Shown: in pieces, positions 1 through 14,116 of the stretch
How the letters are laid out: each line of letters begins with the position of its first letter
Numbering within the stretch: position 1 is the first letter of the stretch
Origin: Octopus vulgaris
Lineage: Eukaryota
Direction: 5' to 3'
Assembly (NCBI GenBank): GCA_951406725.2
Contig: OX597825.1
Coordinates: forward strand, 36,518,001 to 36,582,000
Length of the DNA stretch: 64,000 bases
Notes under the pieces: generated by a model
What the model was told of the DNA's origin: nothing
What the model saw: only the letters and a program-made list of their open reading frames with translations
Databases searched by the model: none
Translations under genes and position numbers: made by a program

Positions 1-1551
1 CATGTATGTATGTATGTATGCATGCATGCATGCATGTATGTATGTATGTATGTATGTATGTATGCATGTGTATATGTGCGCATATCCGTGTGAATATGCG
101 TATGATGGGTGTATGTGTGTATGAATGTATAAATGTACGTGTGCATGCATTATATAAGCACACACATATATGTATAAAGTCCTACACAAACACATAAACT
201 TACATGTTGCCTTTTTATTCTTTTTTATTTTATGTGCATGAGTGTGTATATGTATGATTGCGTATGTGTGTATGTGGTGATTAAGAGCGTTCGTGTGTAG
301 TGTGACTGTGTATAAATGGATATTTGTATGTTTGAGTATGTGTTTGTGTTTGTGTCGAGGTACATATATATATATATATGCGAGTGTATGGACTTCGATT
401 GGATTCTACCAATAAGCGCGCAACGTTGCATTGCCATATCGCAGGCATGGCTGTGTGGTTAAAGAAGCTTGCTCGGCAACTATGTGGTTTCGAGTTCAAT
501 CCCACTGCACGGCACCTTGGGTAACTATCTTCTATATACATACATACATACATACATACATACATACATACATACATACATACACTTTCAGCTTCATACC
601 TATTATTATTAGAGCAACAGGGTACATACCAACCGTCTGGAGCAAAGTATTAACGAACTTGGAATATTGGTGGTAGAATGCAAATCCTTAATTCATATGC
701 TACAATTAATCACGATATCTAAGACTATAAAAACCTGAAAGCCCATTTTAAGATTTAAAGGATGGTGGTTAAAACAAGATACTCTCCTTCACAATCCAGT
801 TACTTTAGTAGAAAACCTCTTCGTGCCTGATTGCTGGAAGGTGGGGCTCCATGAATGGAGTACTATATATCCTTCGTAACAGGGGGCCCCAATATCTTCG
901 TGGTGGGAGGTCTAGGGCAATTTGCTCTCTTCGCACCCCCACTTAAATCCGGCCCTGATTAATCCCGAAACTTCGTGGCTACAGAGCGACATTCTTAACC
1001 ACAGAGCCATGCCTGCGATATTGGAAATTCAACAACACGAGCTTGTTGGTAGAATAACATCGAAGTCCATACACTTCGATAATAAACCCTACAAGAAAAT
1101 AAACCCTACAAGGTAGTGTCTTAGAATTTGTCAAAATTTAGTCTAAAATTAAAATGAGAGAGAACGTATATACATACATGCATACATGTATATACGTATA
1201 TATGCATGTGTACATATGTGAGTATATCTTTGTGTTTGCGTTCGTCTCCGCTTCTAATACTTGTCAACCACAACCGGTATTGGTTTGTTTATGACATCAT
1301 AACATAGCAGTTCGGCAAACCATGCTTAAGAAGTCAGTACTGAAGTCAATTTGTTCGACTAACCCCTTCAAAGCGGTGTCCCAGCACGACCGTAACCTGA
1401 TGGCTAAATCAAGTAAAAGATTAAAAGATCAAATAATCTTGGGAAATTTCTTCCAACATTTTCTTCAAATTCTTTTACAAATATGTAATTTCTTTATATT
1501 ATTTACATTATTTACATTTGACAGATATTTGTCCTCATCTTGTTTGTTGCT

Positions 1552-1597
1552 AACACAGCGTTTCGGCTGATGTACCCTCCAGCCTTCATTATGTGTC
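1552..1597 (-). ncRNA. Degenerate (probably dead) type I hammerhead
   Basis: gacac-ATAATGA-a-ggctg...cagcc-GAAA-cg-CT-gtgtt; stems intact, core mutated. Confidence 0.5.
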
Positions 1598-2920
1598 CTG
1601 GGGAAATTTCGAACCTGGATTCTCATTCCTAAGGTATTTTTCGATGTTATTATTATCATTATTATTCAGGTCACTGCTTGGAATCGAACTCGGAATCTTG
1701 GAGTTAGTAGCCCGTGCTCTTAACCACTACATCATATGCCCGGGCGTATGGAGTAGTAAATAATTCCTCATCTCATAAATATAGGAATGTAATTTCTTCA
1801 TTATTAATTTCTAGAAAATGAATGCGAGATTCGTCATCAGCATGCAAAGTTATATTTAAAAAAATAATCCGGTGAAAATTTGATAAACTTCATCCAAGTG
1901 GTTGGAAGAAATTTAACAAGGACCAGACACTAGACATGTGTTGGTGGGGTTTACATGGTTTATACACCTTTCAGTTGCATTGTCACTTATTTTTTCTTTT
2001 TCGATTGATGTGGAAGATTTAAAAAATATTCTGATAAAGAATTTCCTTTTATTTTCAGTGATTGAATAGCAGCTTTGCTAAGAAACTAACATTGTAGATA
2101 TACCGAAGACTTTCATAACAAATTGGAAAAGGGAAGAAGCTTAGAACATTCATATGGTCATCTCTCGGGAGAACTTGTAACATTCTATCGATAACAAACT
2201 AAGCTAAAGTGCATCATAAATCAGCAAGGGTATCGGTATGGCCTGTGTTCAGACTATGGCACTCCTTAGCCCATTCGAGTACGGAGATGTTGCTGATCGA
2301 AACGTATCTATGTACTTTCGATCGTTGGACTTTTGGGGCGAATTTGCTCAAACACCTCTTAAGTACTGTGGGGTCATTTTCTTCTTTGATTTCTTTCAGG
2401 ATCATATTGAACAGAGCCCGGTCAGTTGAGGTAAAAAAAAAAGTTGTGCCGCAACGTTATGTGATCTCGAGGACAATTTATGTTGGGGATGAGCCTTGGA
2501 TGATTTGTAAAGTTAATATCGGCATCGTTTGGACAATCTCGAAGGAATACTTTCCGCACCGAACAAATGATGTGGAGCCCATGGAGGCGTTGGGGAGAAT
2601 AGAGTCTGAGGTTATGAAGACTCTGTTGTTGATACGTGTACTCCGGCTTTAGGAGATGGTGGTAGTGGTCTCAGAACATTTCTTCAAAAACTTTAATTAG
2701 TGATATTTTATCTTTTACTTGTTTCAGTCATTACACTATGGCCATGCTAAGAACTTTTAGTCGAATGACTCGACCACAGTACTTATTTTTTTTAAGCTTA
2801 GTACTTATGCTATAGGTATTTTTTGCCGAACCGCTAAGTTATCGGGATGTAAACACAACAGCACCGGTTGTCAAACGGTGGCGGAGGACAAACACACATA
2901 TACACATTATATATATACAT

Positions 2921-3337
2921 AGGCGCAGGAGTGGCTGTGTGGTAAGTAGCTTGCTTACCAACCACATGGTTCGGGGTTCAGTCCCACTGCGTGGCACCTT
3001 GGGCAAGTGTCTTCTACTATAGCCTCGGGCCGACCAAAGCCTTGTGAGTAGATTTGGTAGACGGAAACTGAAAGAAGCCCGTCGTATATATGTATATGTA
3101 TATGTATGTGCATGTATGTTTGTGTGTCTGTGTTTGTCCCCCTAGCATTGCTTGACAACCGATGCTGGTGTGTTTATGTCCCCGTCACTTAGCGGTTCGG
3201 CAAAAGAGACCGATAGAATAAGTACTGGGCTTACAAAGAATAAGTCCTGGGGTCGAGTTGCTCGACTAAAGGCGGTGCTCCAGCATGGCCGCAGTCAAAT
3301 GACTGAAACAAGTAAAAGAGTAAAAAGAGTAAAAGAG
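2921..3337 (+). mobile_element. tRNA-derived SINE family A, full-length copy (about 20 full or partial copies in the window)
   Basis: A-box-like TGGCTGTGTGG, B-box-like GGTTCAGTCC, central microsatellite, tail GGCGGTGCTCCAGCATGGCCGCAGTCAAATGACTGAAAC plus GTAAAAGA repeats. Confidence 0.9.
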
Positions 3338-3420
3338 TATATATATATATATATATATGTATAAGGGTGAAAAGGAACACACGAGTTGATATATATGAAA
3401 AAACAAGTCAAAAATAGAAA

Positions 3421-3808
3421 ATGCTAAAATGATTTTATAGTGAACATTTCAGTACCGGTTTCGGTCATTTTGAGACCTTTTCAACTGTAACGATTAAATA
3501 ATTAAATTTAGAAAAATTAGAAGAAAAGTTTTTTTAAAGGAATATTTCTATAGTAGTGTTCAGATTTAAGTGGCATTCTGCCTTTCTCTGACTCCCTTGT
3601 TTGCACGACCTCCAACACACAAGTGCAAACAAGGGAGTCAGAGAAAGGCAGAATGCCACTTAAATCTGAACACTACTATAGAAATATTCCTTTAAAAAAA
3701 CTTTTCTTCTAATTTTTCTAAATTTAATTATTTAATCGTTACAGTTGAAAAGGTCTCAAAATGACCGAAACCGGTACTGAAATGTTCACTATAAAATTAT
3801 TTTAGCAT
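3421..3808. repeat. Palindrome, 186-bp arms with 16-nt loop, Penelope-like with HHR in each arm
   Basis: 3421-3606 is the near-exact reverse complement of 3623-3808. Confidence 0.95.
3742..3779 (+). ncRNA. Minimal hammerhead, U3-A8 core (mirror copy 3450-3487, -)
   Basis: cag-TTGAAAA-ggtc-tcaaaat-gacc-GAAA-ccgg-TA-ctg. Confidence 0.75.
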
Positions 3809-3951
3809 AACTTGTTTTTCAATTATTTTAATCAGCCGAAATTACTACGATGATCCGGTTCTTGACTGAAGACTGAGGGTTTCGAATGTCCTGTCCGTGT
3901 TTATTGTGTCGTCTTCTAAGAGTTATACGTTCTTGTCCATGTTGTATTTTT

Positions 3952-4032
<81 letters not shown>

Positions 4033-4544
4033 ATATACACAGCGGACTTCATTCAGCTTCCCTCTACCAAATCGACAAGGCTTTGATCAGCCCAGGCTAT
4101 AGTAGAAGACACTCGCCCAAGACGCCGCGAACCCAGAACCTTCTTACCACAAGCTTCTTACCACACAGCCACACCCGCTCCTAATGGAACCATTTCTTAA
4201 AGACAACTTTAGCAATGGAATTGAAATGAACCTTTCCCAACTGTAGTTCAAGACCTGATCGTAGACACAGTTTATCCAGAGTATTCTACTGTTTCTACTA
4301 TAGTGTCACCCAATTATTTCTATTTAACACAGAAGACAAACGAATCATTTTAATTTCCTTTTACATATATTCAAAAGGAACACTTTTATTGGTGAAAGGA
4401 TGTAAAACTGATTTCTTGGGTCTCCAAGGGACTATGAAGATAGGACAATTAATTTGGTACACCGTTCTGATGCCTTACTACGAAGAGACGCCAAAATGTC
4501 GCATTTTTATTATCCCCTACAGTCTTTGTGGTCAGTATTATAAT

Positions 4545-4587
<43 letters not shown>

Positions 4588-4594
4588 TTTGTGT

Positions 4595-4627
<33 letters not shown>

Positions 4628-5474
4628 GAATATCTGAATGTCTATGTATGCGTGACGGTAACTTGAAAAGTTTTTACTGCTAAACCTATTATTGATAGAA
4701 ATAGATAGGAAACGAGAGAGCGAAAGAAAGAGAAATAAGGTAGACGTATAGACACACACACACATATACACACACTCATGTAACTAGCTGAATGCAGATA
4801 AATACAGATAAATATTTTCTGAAAAATCTGTAGTTATCTCTTCCAAAATCATTACCATCACGTACACGTTGAGCTAGCATGGATGCCTCTATGTGGTAGT
4901 TCGATTTGCAAAACATAGCAATCAGATCTTTCCCAAATTATGACTTCCTTCATCGAAAAGAAGGATTCATTGTTTAGCGATGGAAAACGACGAATGAGTG
5001 TTCAGCTTTTTTTCCGAACGACCTGCACAAATGATTTGTTTATAGAAATCAAATGTATGTGCCGCACATTAACTCACTCTTTCCATCAAATCAACACTGC
5101 CTGACATCGTTCAAACACGCCTGACTCGGGTTCAGAAGTTACAGCCCGAGTTGTTATCTATAATCGTAAAATTAAAAGTATCTCTTGCCAAGAGTACAAG
5201 CGACAGTCAGATTGCTGATGTTTGTTGTGCATTCTACCGTCGTTAATGGATTGCTGTTATTCTGTGCGTCTGTGTGTTTTGCAGGGTTGTTTTATTTTTA
5301 ACCTTAACTTAGAAATGGAGAAAGACATAGTGCTAGATATTTAAAAATAAGTCATTTGGAGATAGAAATATTGCGGAAAAACGTGAAATTCTTCAGGCTA
5401 GCACGTGTCTAATGCAAGATCGGTGATGAGCCCGAGTGACGCTGATGACCGGGAGTCGCCTCTGATATATATAC

Positions 5475-5569
<95 letters not shown>

Positions 5570-6274
5570 CATATATGACAGTTTTCTTTCAGTTTCCGTC
5601 TAACAAATCCACTCACAATGCTTTGGTTAGTCAGGGGCTGTCGTAAAAGAAGCTTGGCCAATGTGCGACACGTACCCAATGTACCACGCAGGTTTCTAAA
5701 CCACGCAACCACGCTTAGAAATAATAGATTAAAAAGTCTCACGGTAGAAAACGTTTAATTTTAAAATCTGTTTCATCCCTTCAAAGTACTACTTATGTAA
5801 ATCTTACACTAATTCAAGAAGGAAACACTGAAAAAAAAAATCAAGAAATTATGTATAGAATGTATGGTTCTCGATAAACCATCAATCTTATAGTACTTAA
5901 AACTGTGTGGAATTTCCGCGGGTACAGCAAATATGATGCAAAATGTCAAATCGGGTGTATTTTGTCAGGCAAGTAGGACAGCAAACAGTATAAGTGACGA
6001 GTTGGGAGTGGATGTAATCCAATCGCTCACCAGTCTCAATATTTTACACCAGTGAAAGGCGGCGAGCTGGCAGAGTCGTTTACTGCGCCGGATAATATGC
6101 TTGATAGCATTTCTTCTAACTTTACGTTCTGAGTTCAAAGACCGCCGAGGTCGACTTTGCCTTTCATCTTTTCGGGGTCGATAAAATGAGTACCATTTGA
6201 GTACTGGGGTCGAGTACACATAGATATACATACATACATACATACATACATACATACATACATACATACACACA

Positions 6275-6344
<70 letters not shown>

Positions 6345-6412
6345 AATACAAAATGGGACAAGATCGCAAAGCATCCAGTAGACGATACAAAAAACACGGA
6401 CGGGTCATTCGA

Positions 6413-6489
6413 AGCCTTTAATCTTCAGTCAAGAACTGGATCATCCTCGCAATTTCGGCTGATTAATCTTGAGATTGCTCCAATCTGGC
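6413..6489 (-). ncRNA. Non-circularly permuted hammerhead ribozyme, family P2 second copy (truncated third copy at 3828-3882, +)
   Basis: gcaaU-C-tcaaga...agcc-GAAA-ttgc...tcttga-CTGAAGA-ttaaa-ggct. Confidence 0.75.
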
Positions 6490-6693
6490 CAGCCCCAAGG
6501 AAAAACTAAGCTAAGAGCATTAAATTCCTTGGAAAAAAGCTTCGAATGTCTACGAAACAAGAACAGAAAAGCGGACGATGTTACACGAATATAAATACAA
6601 AAATAATCCGAAAAAACAATAATAATAATAACAGGACATCACAACAGGCGTCATATACATATATATATGTATACATATGTGTGTGTGTGTGTG

Positions 6694-6737
<44 letters not shown>

Positions 6738-8029
6738 CATGTAAATATCCAATACATACATACATTCATGCATGCATGCATTGCATACATACATACATAC
6801 ATACATACATGCATAAAAGAAACCTTCGATCGTGAATGAGCATGGGATTGTACCTAGAAAGCTCCCCTCCGAGGTACAAGTCCGAGCAAATTGTATATGG
6901 AAGACCAGCGCAGCAGTCACTCATGCATACTAGCCTCCCCTCTCCACGCCAATGATGTTATCCAAGGCAAAGGCTGATACAGTTTGGTAACAGTGACACC
7001 GCAAGTTATTTCTACAGCTGAGTGAACTAGAGTAACGTGAAATAAGGTGTCTTGCTCAAGAGCACATCACACAGCCCACTCCGGGAATCGAACTCACAAC
7101 CTCACTGAGCTATGCGCCTTCGTATACATACAAAAACTACATAGTACATACATACACACACTCACACATACATACATACATACATACATACATACATACA
7201 TACATACATACATACATACATACATACATGCATACATACATACATACATACATACATACATACATACATACATACATACATACATACATACATACATTTA
7301 TGTACGTTTGTATGTATGTCGGTATGTAAGCAATATGTACTAACGTATCATGACTAGTCAGCACATTAGCGATTTTGTATTGAAATAACATGGAAGACGA
7401 AATGTACTTCTTGTACAATTCGTTTCAGTCGGTGAACTTGTAAGTTTATAAATATTTACATTGAATTTATTTTCAACAGACATTCGTACTTTACTTTAAA
7501 GATTTCGAAAAATAAACATGGTGTTGAGATTACTTAGACTATCATGTTTAATAGGAAAAATAAAATATAATTAGACAAACGATAAAAGCAATACCAAGAC
7601 AGATTTCGGGTTTACACAGTGCAAAGTAATGGTGTCTTTTGGTTACATAGATATGACCCCCACGCCCGCCACCTCACTCTTTAGGGTGTGATAAATTGTA
7701 AAAGTATAGTATTTGTGTTTAAACAAAGTGAAATGGTGCAGATATAACAAGTACATAACGTGATAATGAAAAAGAGAACCCAGTTGGAGACAAATCAAAG
7801 TTTTCCTGTTAATGTTTTAGTATAATCACTAGTATATACTTACTTCTACGTGTCACTAACGATAGTATCAGCTTCTCGTAAAACGAGATAGTGATGGAAA
7901 GCCTCTACGTGGACTTGTAGAAATAGCGGCTAAATCCGTTTCACATCAAACTCTACCTAATTAAACAACGAAGGCGAGCTGGATAATGTGATACTAGATG
8001 TTTCTAAACAAGACAAACTGTTTATAGCT

Positions 8030-8456
8030 TACTCTTTCACTCTTTTACTTGTTTCAGTCATTTGACTGTGGCCATGCTGGAGCACTGCCTTTAGTCGAGC
8101 AAATCGACCCCGGGACTTATTCTTTGTAAGCCTAGTACTTATTCTATCGGTCTCTTTTGCCGAACCGCTAAGTTACGGGAACGTAAAAACACCAGCATCG
8201 GTTGTCAAGCGATGTTGGGGGAACAAACACAGAGGCACAAACATATACACACACATACATATATATATATACATAAATATATATATACATACATATATAC
8301 GACGGGCTTCTTTCAGTTTCCGTCTACCAAATCCACTCACAAGGCTTTGGTCGGCCCGAGGCTATAGTAGAAGACACTTGCCCAAGATGCCACGCAGTGG
8401 GACTGAACTCGGAACCATGTGATTGGTAAGCAAGCTACTTACCACACAGCCACTCC
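8030..8456 (-). mobile_element. SINE family A, full-length
   Basis: Reverse complement of 2921-3337. Confidence 0.9.
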
Positions 8457-8891
8457 TTGTAGAAAGCTTTTGTTATAAGCAAGGATAACATGGTGTAAAA
8501 CAACTATAACTTCTCATAAATTTATTCATGTCGGCCAGTTAATTTTAGCGCATGCGCAAGTTCATGTCTCACAAGTGTGTTTTGATCTTACTTCAAATTC
8601 ATTAAATTATGTTATCTCTTTTGCTGAACTGCTAAGTTAGGATCACGTAAACAAACAAACAAACACCGGTTAATAAGCGGTGCGGAGGGGAGAGAGAAAT
8701 ATAAACACACGTGCGCGTGCATATACGACGGGCTTCCAGATAGTTTCCGTCTACAAAATTCACTCACAAGATATTGGTTGGTCCGGTGCAATAGTAGGGG
8801 GAGCCAAGGTTCCACACTGTGGAACTGAACTCGGAACCATATGACTGCAAATCGAGCTTCTTAACCACTTAATGTTATGTTGACTGAATAA

Positions 8892-9330
8892 AGTGGCGAG
8901 CTGGTAGAATCGTTGGCACACTGGGCAAAATGCTTAGGCGCATTTTGTTCATCCACTCGTTCTGAGTTCAAATTCCGCCGAGGCCAACTTTGCCTTTCAT
9001 CCTTTCGGGGTCTATAAAATAAGTAGCAGTTGAATACAAGGTGGATGTATCCGACCTACCCCTCTCCCGACTTTTCTGGCCTTCTGCCAACATTTGAAAC
9101 CAATGCAGAAAGAGGTAATCTAACAAAGTCATTAGCATACCGGAATAAATACCTAGCGGCATTTCGTCCGTCTTTACGTTCTAAGTTCAAATTCCGCCAA
9201 GGTTGACTTTGCCTTTCATCCTTTCGGAGTGCGATAAAATAAGTCCCAGTGACGCACTGGGGTCGATGTAATCGACTTACACCCTTCGCCGAAATTGCTG
9301 GCGTTGTGCCAAAATTTGGATCGAATATTA
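8892..9330 (+). mobile_element. SINE family B (Meta-domain-like core), two tandem copies; other copies near 6057, 12885, 25815, 45995, 62310, 62840
   Basis: GGCGAGCTGGTAGAATCG...GAGTTCAAATTCC...GCCTTTCATCCTTTCGGGGTCGATAAAATAAGTACCAG core. Confidence 0.8.
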
Positions 9331-10424
9331 TGTCGACTGAATAACAACCACACTCTATTTTACCTCGATCTATGTTTTATATGCATGAAATTTGTCGTCG
9401 GTTAAACTCAGTGCTCACTGTCTTATAAACCAAATAGATTAGAAGGTGGTGTGTTGGTTGAAAGTTTCTGCTATGATACCGTATAACTAATGTACTCTTT
9501 GTGTTCTATGCTGTTCTAATCCATGCTCTTATTTAGCTTGTTCGTGCATCCTCTGTTACCTTATAAGTAAAACAACAAGAATTTTGTGATTCTTCGATGA
9601 TACAGCATTCCTTATCTTTCCTTAATTGCTCTGCTGGGTATAACAGAAGCTCCGCTCTGTTCCCAACCGCTCCACAGTTAAATTGAAGTGCAAATATGGA
9701 TTTTAGATGTATGACTAATACATCATCATTCGACCATACACCGATTTCTTATAGTAAAGCTAATGGAAGAAAAGATAAATGGACAAATGGAGGAAAAGTG
9801 ACAAAATAGAATAAAAGAAAAGAGAGTGAAAAAGGCATTAAAGTGGCAGAGAGGTTTTGCAGTTGAGCAAGAGTTTGCTGCTGATATCTAAAAGTAGTTA
9901 ACATTATAGGAAGAAGCCGTAACCGCAGACACACGCTACGATAAATATAGATGGTTTAAAAATAACTGCTTAATTTTCTTCTAATCAATGTTACGATTCA
10001 TAACAGAATTACCACAACCATGTTGGCTGACGTCAACCACAGCGGAATAAACTTCATTCATTCAAAATCTACACAAGCAGACTGATAGTAATCTCTCAAG
10101 ATTGGGAACGCCACTTAATTTTTTTTATTCTATTTATGCTTTCACACTAACATTTATTATATTTGCCTTATAAAATAGCACTTCGGTATTAACTGAATTG
10201 CGGACTATTTAATCTACAGCGTTACAGCAATCTAAAAATACACTCATTATTTTATCAATACATAGGACAGTAATCTTAGTCTTCTAATGTATTTTATTCA
10301 TATTTAGGGTGCATCAAAGCAGCGAGTCCAAAATATTTTACTATTGCAACCCACTTTAGAAAATTAATAATTCAAAACAGAAAAAAAACAAAAAAAAAAC
10401 ATTTATCCTTAACTAATTTTAGTT

Positions 10425-10781
10425 ATTAGACTGTGGCCATGCTGGGGCACCACCTTGAAGAATTTTTAGTAGAATGTATTGACCATTGTATTTATTTTTT
10501 TAAAAGCCTGGGACTTATTCTATCGAACGCTTTGCCGAACTGCTATGTTACAGGGACGTAAACATACCAACACCGGTAGTCAAGCGGTGGTGGAGAGACA
10601 TAAACACACACACACATACATACACTTCATTCAGTTTCCCGTCTACCAATCCACTCACAAGGCTTTGACCAGCTCGAGGCTATAGTAGAAGACACTTGCC
10701 CAAAGTGCCATGCAGTGGAACTGAACCCAGAACCATGTAGTTGGGAAGCAAGCTTCTTACCACACAGCCACGCCTCCGCCT
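10425..10781 (-). mobile_element. SINE family A
   Basis: Head and body match 2921-3337; further partial copies at ~10845-11200. Confidence 0.8.
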
Positions 10782-11337
10782 ATTTAAATAACATTTTTTC
10801 ATGGATTTTATAAAATAAATACCTCAAAGCTTTCTTGGTGAAAGATTGTGTGATTAAAAAGCTCACTTTGCAACCAACTGGTTTTGAGTTCAATCCCACT
10901 GCATGTCACTTTGGGTAAGTTTTTTCTACCATAGTCCCGAGTCTTGTGAGTGAATTTGGTAAACAGAAACTGAAGGAAACCCATCGTGTGTGTGTGTGTG
11001 TGTGTGTGTGGATATATTCTTTTACTTCCTTTTTCTAGTTTCAGGCATTTGACTGTGGCCATGCTGGAGCAGCACCTTAAACGGTTTTAGCCGAAAAAGA
11101 ATTCTTTGTAAGCCTAGTATTTATTCTATTGGTCTTCCTTTCGCTGAACCGCTAAGTTACGGGAACATAAACATACTAGCAGCGATTACAAACAGAGATG
11201 CGCACACACTAATACATACATACAAATATAGAGGGGGGTAAGGGGAGAGAGGGGGAAGAGAGAAGGAAAGAGAGAGGGGAGAGAGAGGGGAGAGAGAGGG
11301 AAAGAGAGAGGGGAAGGAGAGAGGGTGAGAGAGAGAG

Positions 11338-11578
11338 AGTAGTCTCTCGCCATATCGCAGTTCACGTATCGCGGTTCACTTATCGCGGTTTATTATTTAA
11401 GCTTACGCCGATTCCTCTGTGGTGTTGTTTTGCATTTACAATAAAATGAATAAATACAAATTATAAAAATAAAAAAAATATATATATACAGTACAGTACT
11501 GTTTCTACTTCGTAGATTTTTACCTATCGCGGGGGATTTTAGAACGTAACACCCGCGATAGTCGAGGGATTACTGTAT
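11338..11578. mobile_element. Tigger/pogo-type MITE
   Basis: Imperfect TIRs AGTAGTCTCTCGCCATATCGC / GCGATAGTCGAGGGATTACTGTA with internal TATCGCGG repeats. Confidence 0.7.
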
Positions 11579-11619
11579 TTCAGCTTCTGCCTACCAAATC
11601 TGCACACACATACATAAAC

Positions 11620-11662
<43 letters not shown>

Positions 11663-12356
11663 TGCACGTAAACGCACACACACATACACACGCATATATA
11701 TTTGTGTGTGTGGGCGTGTGTATTTGTGTTTGTCTCCCATCCACCGCTTGACTACCGGTGTTATTTTATTTACGTCTCAGTAAATTAGCTGTTCGCCATA
11801 AGTGACCGATATAAAAAGTTCCACACTCAAAAAAACAAGTACTTGGATTGATTTGTCTGACTTAAACCCTCAATTTAATATAATTTGTTATCATTTATGG
11901 AATTTCATAAAATAAAAAAATAATGACACGATTAACCTGCCTTTATTATTATTATTATTCAGTGATCTAGTAAGGCTGTATCTCGATTTCCAAAGTTCTT
12001 CGTGTACGTGATGACCATTGTCTGAACTGATATAAATATAATTTTTAATGCACTTGAATTATATGACACACACTACTCTTAAGAAATAAACGAAAAGTAA
12101 ATATAAGTTTTATCGTATATTCCGACAAACCAATCGAAGTTTGCAGGCCAAAATAGACAGCGCAAAAAGGTAGGTCAACTTGTACACCAAGACGACTTGT
12201 CTAGTACTTTACTTTATCGACCTCGGAGACATGAAAGACAAAGATGACCTCGGATGAATCTGAACTCACACTGCAGAGTCAAAAGAGAATACCACAGGAC
12301 ATTCTGTCCAAATCGCTGTCCACTAGGTGTGTGTGTGTGCGTTGTGAGTGTGTGCG

Positions 12357-12395
<39 letters not shown>

Positions 12396-13110
12396 TACAG
12401 ACAATAACACATACATAACTACACATACAAAAGCATATCTGTCTATGTATATATATATGTGTGTGTGGTGTGTATATATGTGTTATGCTGTGTGTGAGGG
12501 AATGATTCATCGTTATCACACGAGCAGAAGAGGGAGAAGAGTGTGCCAGCTATCACATGCGCAAGTGATCAGATAATATCACTGAACCTCTCCCCCACAT
12601 TATCACTTGGTAATTAATATGTATGCCGCCATTTTCCTATCATACAAACTGATGTCGGACATCGACAACGTTGGGAAGAAATAGCCTCCGCTGATTGGTC
12701 AGCTAGGATCTGTAAGGAAAGTCTTTGTCATGCACATTAAGACTCATTCAAGGCATGCACCCACACACTCACAAAGACGCACAGATAGAGCATTCGCATA
12801 TATAGCATGTACAAACACATATACACATATATGTTCAAAGGGATATGGCCATATACTTCTACTCTTACTCAGCACTATATATTGATTTCAAATTTTGGTA
12901 CAAGGCCACCAATTTCGGGGAATACTTCAGTATTCAATTGAGACTCATTTTATAGACACGGAAAGGATGAAAAGTAAAGTCAACCTCGGCGGAATTTGAA
13001 CTCAGAACGTGAAGACGAACGAAACGTCGCTAAGCAGTATGCCCGGCATTCTCAGCTATATATCAATATAAATATTCCCTCGTACGTTATGGCTTCATAT
13101 TCGCATACAA

Positions 13111-13470
13111 TAGGCGCGGACGTGGCTGTGCGATGAGAAGCTTGTGGTACCTTGGGCAAGTGTCTTCTACTATAGCCTCGGACGACCAAAGCTTGTGAGT
13201 GGATTTGGTAGATGGAAACTGAAAGTGTGTAGGCGTATATATATATGCATGTATTTATGCATGTGTGTTTTTTTGTTTGTTCCCGCACCTTGACAACCGA
13301 TGTTGATGGGTTTACGTCCCTGTAACACAGCGGTTCGGCAAAAGAGATCGATAGAATATGTATTAGGCCTACAAAGAATAAGTCCTGTGGTCGGTTGCTT
13401 CGACTAAAAACCTTTTGATGTGGTGCTCCAGCATGGCCGCAGTCAAAATGACTGCTATTAGTAAAAGAAT
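13111..13470 (+). mobile_element. SINE family A
   Basis: Head with internal deletion; body and tail match. Confidence 0.85.
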
Positions 13471-13781
13471 ATATCACGTGACGATATATTGCATCAAACT
13501 ACATACCCCTTCTCTAAACCAAACAAAAAGGATCCCCTGTGTGGTCACCTACTTCTTAGAAATAACAGCTAAATATCCTCAATGTTTAAAAAGGAAGGAC
13601 ACGTTGAACAATATTATTTTGGTTACGGAAAACAGATGAGAGGGTTATGATTGGAAAGCCTTTGACCATGGGTTTGTTCAGAAAGGACTAACTTGGGATT
13701 GTATCACATCAGATTGATCAGCTCCGCGCATTACTCAAAAGTGATCGGGGCTCACATTCTTTAGACACACACACTCGAGCG

Positions 13782-13858
<77 letters not shown>

Positions 13859-14116
13859 GAACAGACACACAAACTCGCACATACTCACACACATTTAAAA
13901 CACCAATAGTACATACATTTTCAAACATAAATACGCATTTTCCTAGGGGCACACTACACAGGCACACACACACACAGACACATACACACACACATACACA
14001 CACATACATCAGCATAACACAGCAGTATTATTAAATCAGATAAGATCGCAATTACATCAATTATACACACACTAATGCCATCGCCATCAACCCCACCGCC
14101 AATAACAACAGATCTA

